The notes under the pieces: generated by a model
What the model saw: the letters and a program-made list of their open reading frames with translations, nothing else
What the model was told of the DNA's origin: nothing
Databases searched by the model: none
From: Eledone cirrhosa
Taxonomy: Eukaryota
Direction of reading: 5' to 3'
Assembly (NCBI GenBank): GCA_964016885.1
Contig: OZ024758.1
Coordinates: 3,348,001-3,412,000 of the forward strand
DNA: 64,000 nt
Part shown: piece by piece, positions 53,929 to 64,000 of the stretch
Position numbering within the stretch: the stretch's first letter is position 1
Layout of the letters: each line of letters begins with the position of its first letter
Program-made: the position numbers and the translations under genes

Positions 53929-54233
53929 ATTTTGAAAGTAGGTTTATAAATATGAATTATCATAAGATTTCCGTAGCTGTCTTAATGGTAGGTACTAGAG
54001 ACGGTGGATAGTCTGGTTTTGGGTTCAATCCTGGTCGAGAGGTACATGTAATGTTTCAGTTTTTATTTTACAACCAATAGAAAAAAACTGAAAAGGTTTA
54101 CCGGGAACCCTACTCCCGACCAGGATCGAACTCCAAACCAGGATCACCAGCGTCTATGATTCATCCAACTAGGCCACTGAGACAGCTACAAAAGTAGAAT
54201 GAACATTTATAATTATAAACCTACTTTCAAAAT
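53929..54233. mobile_element. Fold-back element made of two convergent tRNA-like units
   Basis: Perfect 21-bp outer inverted repeat ATTTTGAAAGTAGGTTTATAA. The arms align through GTAGCTGTCT, an A box (TGGCCTAGTTGG on the minus arm), a B box (G(G/A)GTTC(A/G)ATCC) and T-runs near the centre. Confidence 0.75.
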
Positions 54234-54533
54234 CATACAACCATTAGTCATATTTAGGGTCGACTTCTGGTCATTATTGAAAGTCTGTGGATATCGAAAA
54301 ATACATAATTTTTTTTTTATTGGAGAAGAGAAGATATTTAAAATATTTGATTACACTGTTTTGTTTCGGCTTAATATATTTTTCGAAAATATTTATTCAT
54401 TATAAAAATTAAATGATAGCATTCTATGTGTAGGTGGGCCCCCTTCAACCAATATTTGTTGACACATTCCGCCACTCTACCTCTCTCTCTATATATCTAT
54501 CTATCTATCTATCTATCTATATATCTATCTCTA

Positions 54534-54599
<66 letters not shown>

Positions 54600-54735
54600 G
54601 ATAAGTGTTGGTGTGTGTATGTAATAAATATATACATATAAAATGGTTCAAAGCAACTAGAAGAAACATACACTCAGGAAGGGCTGCATACCATACTATT
54701 CTATTATATATCACATCTTATTCCAGTTCTTATAT

Positions 54736-54811
<76 letters not shown>

Positions 54812-54853
54812 GGTGTTCATTTTCATCTCTGTGTTCTTTGTGTATGTGTTCTT

Positions 54854-54890
<37 letters not shown>

Positions 54891-55493
54891 ATGTATATAT
54901 ACATGCATGTGAGATTGCATGAATGATATGAAGAGAGATATATGTATTATATTCCATGTTCCTAGTGAACAACAACCAACAGTAGAGTATATCAGAACAT
55001 TGGAATCGGGTTGGAGAGGTCAGTTATAAATCATTTATAAATATACCCACTGCTGTAAAGGGGGAAACAAAGGTGACCAGTTGCTATTGACAACCAAGGA
55101 ATGTTACAGAAAATGTAGTGCTGAAGCCAATAGGACTATTGAGTAGCAATTATTCAAAGCCACCTCCTACTCACCCTTGTTTATTTCTGCTCTGAACTCG
55201 ACATTTCAATCATACTAACCACAGGAGTTGTAGTAGAGAAACAATTCCCAATATTTTGATATTATCCTTCAAAATATTCTCAGATAATTGTATGATATAT
55301 GTCGAGATACGTAGTAGTCCTTTACTCTCTTACAATGTATATCTCACTAACACTTTCCCCCTCTCTCTCACACTGTATTTCTTTCTCACAAGTTGTCGCT
55401 CTCTCTCTGTCACAAACACGTTTTCATTCGCTCACTCTTTCTCGTTCTCCTAATTTCCCCACCTGTCTCCTCTAACATAATCTTATATATGTT

Positions 55494-55574
<81 letters not shown>

Positions 55575-55763
55575 TACATTTGCAGGCTATCTCACTGTGT
55601 TAGTAAGACTGTGTGCAATCTGTGTTAATCTATATATATCTAATGAAGATAGTATTTGAATAGACGTATATTGCAAGCAAAACACATCATTTTGGGGCTG
55701 CAACTATGATTAATTTCACTTCACATTATCTGACGAAATCATTTGCTTTTCATATATATATAT

Positions 55764-55925
55764 GTGTCCCAAGGCTTTGATACCATCAACACTATAAACA
55801 CAGAGCTGGTATATCTAAGAACTGACTAACTGCCTGATGAGGTCATAGCCATTCAAAGGCTATCATCGAAATATATATAGCAGTAAATAAAGGATTATGA
55901 GTTTATGCAATTGACTTATGTTTCG

Positions 55926-55930
<5 letters not shown>
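55764..55930 (+). mobile_element. Penelope-like pLTR-type insert in (TA)n
   Basis: (TA)n on both sides; internal order TATAAA (~55792), hammerhead, AATAAA (~55886). This layout is typical of Penelope-like element terminal repeats. Confidence 0.55.
55829..55884 (+). ncRNA. Minimal type I hammerhead ribozyme, apparently intact
   Basis: Stem I ACUGC (55829-33)/GCAGU (55880-84). Core CUGAUGA (55834-40). Stem II GGUCAUAGCC-AUUCAAA-GGCUAUCAUC (G10.1-C11.1, one C.C mismatch). GAAA (55868-71). 2-bp stem III with palindromic AUAU loop. Cleavage triplet AUA, cut after 55879. Confidence 0.8.
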
Positions 55931-56010
<80 letters not shown>

Positions 56011-56054
56011 GTATATGGTATATACGAATATCTATTTGTATATGGTATGTTAAG

Positions 56055-56175
56055 ATCCGGTAACTCCTGATACAGTCGTAGGGGCGCCTTATTGACATAC
56101 GGCGTTTTATGGCGCTTTTAAGCCAGGTGGAGTTATCTCTTTCCAGGCCTGAGTACAGCGGATTTCTTCCAGAGA
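56055..56175 (-). mobile_element. Family D fragment
   Basis: GTAACTCCTGATA..TATTGACATA..TCCAGGCCTGAGTACAGCGGATTTCTTCCAG matches 19025-19130. Confidence 0.65.
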
Positions 56176-56593
56176 AAGATAAGAAGTGAGACAGAGGAAA
56201 TGAGAAACAGATATAGTGGAAGCTATTTGTATATATAAAGAGGAAAGTGAACAGGAATGTAAACAGTGTAAGAGTAATGATATACGTGTGTACGTGTGTA
56301 TGGAGAGGGAATATCGGGTATAGTGTTGATGAAGTTTTAATGTCTAACGAAGTACCAGCAAGATACATCATAAGAGCAACCTTAAAGAAAATATAGTTTA
56401 TAACGATTATCCAACGGAGTTAGTGACTTTGAAATATATCCAAATCAAGATTTATTCAGTCTGAAACTGGTTAGATCATTACACAACAGAGTACTCGATA
56501 CTTGGAGTAATGTAGTATGGTTGTACTGGAAAGTGTCGGGATCAGGAACTGGTTGTTGAATGGCAACATCTCAGCTATCGGGCACCAGGCCCT

Positions 56594-56594
<1 letters not shown>

Positions 56595-56638
<44 letters not shown>

Positions 56639-56750
56639 ATATTTATATAATATATATATATATGTATATAATATATATATGTATATAATATATATATATA
56701 TATTTATATAATATATATATATATATATGTATATAATATATATATATATG

Positions 56751-56791
<41 letters not shown>

Positions 56792-56845
56792 TATGTGTGT
56801 ATGTATATATATATTTATAATATATATATATATACACACACACAC

Positions 56846-56897
<52 letters not shown>

Positions 56898-56921
56898 GTG
56901 TGTGTGTGTATATATATATAT

Positions 56922-57018
<97 letters not shown>

Positions 57019-57071
57019 ATGTATATATATATTTATAATATATATATATGTGTGTGTGTGTATGTATATAT

Positions 57072-57108
<37 letters not shown>

Positions 57109-57153
57109 GTGTATGTATATATATATTTATAATATATATATATATATTTATAA

Positions 57154-57209
<56 letters not shown>

Positions 57210-57217
57210 ATATATAT
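56595..57217. repeat. (TA)n with recurrent TTTATAA interruptions
   Basis: Direct inspection. Confidence 0.95.
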
Positions 57218-59000
57218 TTGCGTGTGGGTGCGAGCATGTGCATTTGTGCACTTTTTGTTTGTGGATGTAGTTGCGTGTAATGAAGGAGGCAGACATGATT
57301 ATTCATGTTAGGTAGCATTTTTCATGTATAAATATTCTCATACATGTATGTCATTTTGTTTTTAACATGGTTTTATCTGTTTCACAGAGTACAATTTCAA
57401 AGACAGAAAATTACATAGGAATCATACACTAACTCTATATTAATGCATATGTTGATGTATGAGGCAATCGTAGGCGTAGATGCCTAACGAGAAAAAAGAA
57501 ACATATATATGCACCGATAGATACAATTCTGTTACCACAGATAAGTATATGAAGAAACACTTAGATACAGAGATTTCAAATCATAGAATATATTTTCAAA
57601 AACTTTAACATTACTGTTGTTAGTGTAACACTGATTTTTAGCATAGAGTAACTAGGAATATTTTCCCACAGCCAAAAGTAATATAATACTGATTAGCTCA
57701 AGGTTAAAAGTTATGTCATATAGAGCCAGTAATGGCAATACGGGAGTAGCATCAGATAGTGCAGTTGCTTTGCAAGATTTATGTCTCTCCTCCTCTAATT
57801 TGTCCGGAGACATCTTTCTTATTATTTCTTAAGCTTATCTCTTCTTTTTCTACATCCTGTTAAACGATGATTTTAAGCAATTTCCGTCGTATCAATGATA
57901 ACATGTACCACATGCTGATAATACTACTAATTTCCACTGTCAAAAGACTTTTATAAATTACATATAAAAGATTTACAGTTGCAATGCGTATACCAAAAGA
58001 CATTTTTTGATATATTTGAGGTATATTCTGAAATAAATACTCTGCTGGGTGGTAAATTAAATACTAAACTGAAACACATTGCTAACTAAATATTGATAAA
58101 CACTGCCAAACTCCTTCATACAAAAACACGTAGAGGCATACATAGGCCCCTCCCCCACACACACATACTAATGTATAGTTATATACGTGGGTGTGATGCA
58201 GTGTTCTGTTTTTGCCTGTGAGTGGTTGTTTGTACCATATATTATAGAATTCTTTCTAGTTTTATAATGTTAAAATATATTTTAAGTATTATATAACACT
58301 ACAGAAGAGACAGAACGAGAGAAGAGAATGCGCGTCTTGAAGATATCCTAGCGGAGATTTATTACATTAGACCTATCACATGGAATGATTAAAAGATACG
58401 TAAATAACATAAGAAATTTAAAGTTAAGTTCTTCTCTTGGATTGAAGAAGCACTTATACGAATATATTCTAGACAGCTGCTATATAAAAGGAAAGGGCAG
58501 ATGTTTTATATTTAAATGAAATAAAATCTTGAATTCCAAGATTAATAATGTTAAAATATATCATTTGTTTGTTATATGGATTGCAGATTCCATTTCAAAA
58601 TGCATTTTGCCTTCTAATAAATTCATTGCTTTAAGCCATTTGTTCATTTTGAATAGAAACAAATAAATTTTCTTAAAAAAATATTTCGTAGTTGGCTCTT
58701 GCTAATTTGAATGATTTTAAAGGCGTATTGTTAGAATTCAAGGTGAATATGCGTGCTCTGATAAAGAAACTACAAAATCTTTCAAAGTAAATTCAAACGT
58801 TACAAGTATGAATAATATGACAGGCTTGTAGCTATTTCAATATCATGAAATAGCTTTATTTGGAAGAGCATAATTCTACAAATGTGATCCTTACGACGGT
58901 ATAAACATTTAATTTGGTTGTAAAACACCAAACGTTGAATCCCAATTCCATTTCGAGGAAATTCTGAACGTTATATTATATTAAAATAAAAAGGTCAGGG

Positions 59001-59167
59001 TATTGGCAATATCTGTAGAGGGTCGGACGCCATATTTGCAGCATAGAGTTACGTCCCTTTATGGTCTGAGGTCAAATTGCCTTTCATCCTTACGGTGTCG
59101 ATAAAATAATGCACCAGTAATGCACTGGGATAATCGCTCGCCTTGTGCCAAAATTAGAAACAGTTAT
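59001..59167 (+). mobile_element. SINE family A with an internal deletion
   Basis: TTGGCAATATCTGTAGAGGGTCGGACGCCAT..GAGGTCAAAT|TGCCTTTCATCCTTACGGTGTCGATAAAATAA..CCTTGTGCCAAAATTAGAAAC. Confidence 0.9.
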
Positions 59168-59634
59168 GTTATATAGAAATACATTTTATACATTCTACTC
59201 AAACTCCTACAATTCTCGGCATGACTCGAACTGAACTGGATGTGCAGTGTATCTAAACATATGGGTACAAGACACGACAATTATTTGGAATCTTTCTATC
59301 ACTGTTTCACTGTAATGTTTAATCAGTCATATAAATTGAAGTAACTACAATCGTATATATACAGAAGACAAATTTAAAAATATATTTAAAAAATGTAGGG
59401 TGGACATGTATATATAAGATGGGCTTCCACATTATGTTATTCTAAAATATTACATTCATAAGTTATTGATTAAAGATCATAGTTGCAGTCAATGACCTGT
59501 GTCCCTGCTCATCAAAGCAGTATCTTTTATCGCTATCTAATTGATGTATAACATTGTAGCATTAATTTACAATTTTAATCCCAGTAACTGATTTAACAAA
59601 ATATTCTAAATTGATTAGATTTTGTGTTACACTC

Positions 59635-60130
59635 TGCAGGTTAACGAACTGAGTGAGGTCATATCGAGATAAATGATAACCACATTTACTATAAAAAGGG
59701 TTTGGGGAAAGCGATGTGCATCCCTTTCCTGCTTGTATCAATTTGATAAAGTATTTGATGTTATCAGCTAATTTTACTCCAGTGATGCAAAGCAAGGCGG
59801 GTCGGAGAAATATTCTGTGATTTTGGGGAGCCCATGTGTATGCCACATTATCTTTCCAGCGGACAGAATGGAGGAAAATATTGAACTAAGGAAAGCGAGC
59901 TACATTGCAAAAGCCATTTAACATCGTAGGGCTCATAACTATGAATAGCCATCTCCGCTCTTATATTAAAGAGTTGGGATGTGTACCGTGGCCAAGAAAT
60001 CCACAATTCTACTGTTCTCTAGGTGATACCACGACACCACCAGAGAGTGAACAATATAGTGATGATTTGACAAACAGCGAAGCCTGGTGTATCAAAATTC
60101 GTAGAAAAATGTTCTAAATCACTTTAAGAA
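59635..60130 (+). mobile_element. Highly decayed reverse transcriptase fragment (RTE/BovB-like)
   Basis: Frameshifted translation ITTFTIKRVWGK..HPFPACINLIK/FDKVFDVIS..ILGSP..DRMEENI..KPFNI..IKELGCVPWP parallels DMIFTLRQLQEK..PLY.AFIDLTKAFD.VS..KIGCP..M...V..PF.I..GVKQGCVLAP. Confidence 0.5.
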
Positions 60131-62923
60131 ATTCTCAATTTGTCATACCATATATTAATTTACTTACACAAAAATCTTAATTTAAATTGCTAATGATATT
60201 GGTATTGCAACTTTTTATACAATATTTGATTTCATTAAAAATCTTTTGAATTTAGAAGGTGGTATTGAATTACGGAAGATTGCAGCAACACATACACAAT
60301 TATCAAGGAATATACGTATAGCAGCAGTCACTCAGTGAAATAGGTTGATATTATTTATTAATGAAATGAATGGATATATTTGGAGAGAAACATTTGTACA
60401 GATTCTATAACGTTTTCTTCGCAATAAAGCTATTGTGTATAAAATATTTTGGAATCAGTATATATGCAGCTTAAACTTTTCTGTATCTAAATATCTTATG
60501 TGCATGATGGAAATCTATAAATTGTAGAAATAGATTTACATTTTTATGAATTCTACAGTAAAAGAAGGAAGCTTTAAGTAGAGACGGAATAGAAGTATTA
60601 ACAGCCCATTTGAGTCACTATCCCGTCAATTACAACAAATTGGGTGGGTGGAGTTTCGATATATGGGAGTGTAATTCAGTTGACATTCATAGATAGTTAC
60701 TTGGTCATTATAGAATATTGAATATTAGGAATATTTATTATCTAGTGTGGGTTCGATTCTATTACATCCCATTCCTTTTGAGACTACGGCAAATAACATT
60801 TTGAACAAAATGATGATAATATATGTAGATCCTACGGCTCATATCATTGTTCCTTCATATGAGCAAGGCCGCATCTCACTGTTTGTACCAAGTTTGATAC
60901 TATAACGTAAATGTATTCCTTATATATTCTATGTAAAACTGTTCAAAATAAATGTTTAGCAACATAATTTATATTTTTCAATATGTGACAACCGTTAGAA
61001 TTTGTTTCTAAATAAGACATACCATGACACAAAAATCAGAATACAAACAATGTTCTATAAACGGTAACATTTCTTTGATGGCATTTAACGGTTTAGGGTT
61101 TTCATAAAAATAATCCAAGTTCAATTTCCCCTCCTCTTTGCTATTTCAGATCAAATCGCACTTTGAAACTTGCTCTTGATTTTTTTCGAGGGAGGGGAAA
61201 GTTTAGTAATAAAATTGATTTAATCTACTAACTTCCTTTCGCGAAATGTTTGGTCTTCTTCTAATACAAAGAATATTATTTTTCTAAGGAGATGTGGAGT
61301 TTGTTAATTGCTGAATGTCGGTCAATGCTATCATCAATCTGTCTACAGATTCTAACGCTTCTTTACAAGTAAAACCTCTCCTGTCAATTGCATATTCTCA
61401 ACATATAAACGAGTGCATCATATTGACCGCTGTCTGTTTGACTGTCAGACAACATTGAGTCCAAAACATCAGCAGGCCCATTAGAAATCTAAAGAGAAAG
61501 CTAAATATATTACTAGTACTACATATCGGAAGAAGCTACTTTTACATATGCATACATTATATTAAAATTAATGATTCCCTGGTGGCCTGCCAAGATGTTG
61601 CTTGCCAGTAAGCTTTCATGCATCCGTCTAATTGCAATTGTCCAATCAGAAACATGATTTACATCAATCAGTCTTGCCTCGCAGGGATTGTTTTTCATAT
61701 AGAAACAGGAAATGTCTTAATATGTTTCCTAATTGTATCTCAGAGAATATATTATGGTTCTAGGTTGTACAGAGGATGCATGTCTCTATACCATAATTTT
61801 CCTTGATCAGCACTAACCGCTGGATATAAAATAATGTATTTTCTACATATACATACCGGATACATATATACAATTAGAATATTATTTACACTGTTCGCCT
61901 AAAAACATAATAGTGAGCAGCCTGAATCTTATTCAACTAACAATATTTTGTCGTTCAGTATCTAAATTAATTAAGTAGAAAACAAAATAATGATAACCGT
62001 GTTAATATAAATCTATGGTTGAATTACTGTGAAATATTTTCTCTAGACTAAGATTAATTTCATCAATTGAATTGGTGTGAAAGAAGATTTTACATGTATT
62101 TAATCTTGTACAAATATTTAAGTAAAGCTTGAACCATATTCAGAGATTCACAAAGATCACAGTTGATGGAAATGTAGTAGTAAAAATAGACTTCAAAGAA
62201 GATTATTCTTTTCATACTTAATGTAAAGGTTGATGCGCTGATTCAAAGAGATGTTACAAATTAGCTCGTAAAATAGAGATGAAAAGAGGTTAAAAGACGG
62301 AAGAGTATATACCATCGGCCCCTATGAGCAATTAAAATCCATATCCTCAAGACACCGGCTCGGGTTATGTTTATCTGGGAGATACGGGTTACAATTCCGC
62401 GAAGCGGCCGATGGCATTGTTTTGCCTTCATATTAGGGTCTTCGCTATATTTTAAAAGCTATTTTACAACGTCTCTGCACACTAGGATATCATCCTATAC
62501 ATTATCTCTATATTCTCAGCATTTAAACGTCCCGTAGATCAGCAACATATAGCTATTCCTTGCATATATATTTATAACAAGAAGTTTCGTACCTGACACA
62601 TAAATTGTGAGTAACTCTCATAGCCTATAGATCATTTATATAATCACCATTGAGAATTGGGTGACAGTGATTATTATCGTATGAGAATCGATGGTCGTTA
62701 TGTGGCATAATAGATTGAGTATAATAACATAGTAATTGTATTAATTTAATACACATAATATATTATCGCAGTGGTGCTGTAAATTGACTGAAATATGGGA
62801 CATTTTACATACAACATGTGTAATGTGTGTGTGTATATATATATATATTTATATATGCATATATAGCGAAAAACGTGCTCTCCTTCGTCTCGGCACCGTA
62901 GACTCTTTGTATATGTGTTTTGC

Positions 62924-62961
<38 letters not shown>

Positions 62962-63140
62962 TTTTCGCTAATTTCCAATAGCCGAAATGCGATTATCGCT
63001 AATTTATATTTGTATTTATATATAGAGAGAAAGAGAGAAAGAAAGAGAGAGAGATGTGTGTGTGTGTGTCCCCCGGGTTCAATCGGGGGGGGGGGACCAC
63101 AAGTAAGGTACTCAATAGATAGCAGAGTCTAAATATTTTA

Positions 63141-63220
63141 TATAGAAATGGCTTCTACAGGACAAGGAATGTTTCATTCGAAGGAGAGGATCAGGAAAGC
63201 AAGGCTTTCCTGATGATTCC
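63141..63220. mobile_element. Family B hammerhead element, inverted pair
   Basis: A minus-strand copy (core mutated to CUGAUCC) at 63141-63200, then AA, then a plus-strand GGCTTTCCTGATGATTCC (intact core, truncated). Confidence 0.65.
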
Positions 63221-63299
63221 TTATGTTTAGAGATATTACTTTTCTTTTTCTTTTTTTTAGTGGTCGTCTTCTTTTTTCTCCCTCTCTCCCATATATACA

Positions 63300-63660
<361 letters not shown>

Positions 63661-64000
63661 AATACATATTTTTCGCTTTTCTGCTAATATCCGTTTATTC
63701 TTGACATATTACAAATCTAATGCACTCATTTTAAAATTTTGTCTCCGCATATTTTTTTTTTTAAATGATGCATCAATTCAATTTGCCGTGAGTTAAAGAG
63801 CTTAGCGGACTTTAATTAAAATGTCAAACTTTGTATTTTTGCTCTTAATAATATATTTTTGCTGTTCGCCCCGTTATTATGAACCAACGCTTCTATGTTG
63901 CTTTTATCAATCCCTATATCTTAGCAATAATAGTATTTTTTTCATGTTATGTGTTCGTATAATATTGTTTTCTCATTTTATTGTACTTCTCATTGATATA

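Noticed and set aside
54110-54190. tRNA gene
   Set aside because: A and B boxes are present but acceptor and anticodon stems do not form; treated as a tRNA-derived repeat.
57650-57857. Minus-strand short ORF or exon candidate (..SCKATALSDATPVLPLLALYDITFNLELISIILLLAVGKYS)
   Set aside because: The frame is blocked by stops between the acceptor and the ORF, and no homology is recognisable.

Overview
This is a very AT-rich eukaryotic (animal) window dominated by (TA)n, (CA)n and compound microsatellites and by retroposon debris. The microsatellite load and SINE sequences resemble octopod cephalopod DNA; this is inferred from recalled repeat sequences, not from a search. No protein-coding gene is confidently recognisable, and nearly all ORFs in the track are YI/HT/CV microsatellite artefacts. 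Supported content: (1) about 22 copies of one ~185-bp tRNA-headed SINE with a Meta-domain-like core, several with clear 12-17-bp TSDs and one tandem trimer; (2) decayed RTE-clade LINE fragments, one with a 5' inversion; (3) an R4/Dong-clade LINE fragment split by two SINEs; (4) two small Tc1/mariner-type MITEs; (5) a fold-back element built from two convergent tRNA-like units; (6) several short inserts inside (TA)n tracts. The most notable signal is a set of hammerhead-ribozyme motifs. One minimal type I hammerhead at 55829-55884 looks intact and sits in a Penelope-pLTR-like insert. Two further families occur as mutated, often inverted-dimer copies (16.6, 42.3, 63.1 kb; 29.4 kb), and both have an atypical U.U pair at the base of stem II. 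A few weak candidate exons are noted at low confidence. Boundaries of degraded elements are approximate.
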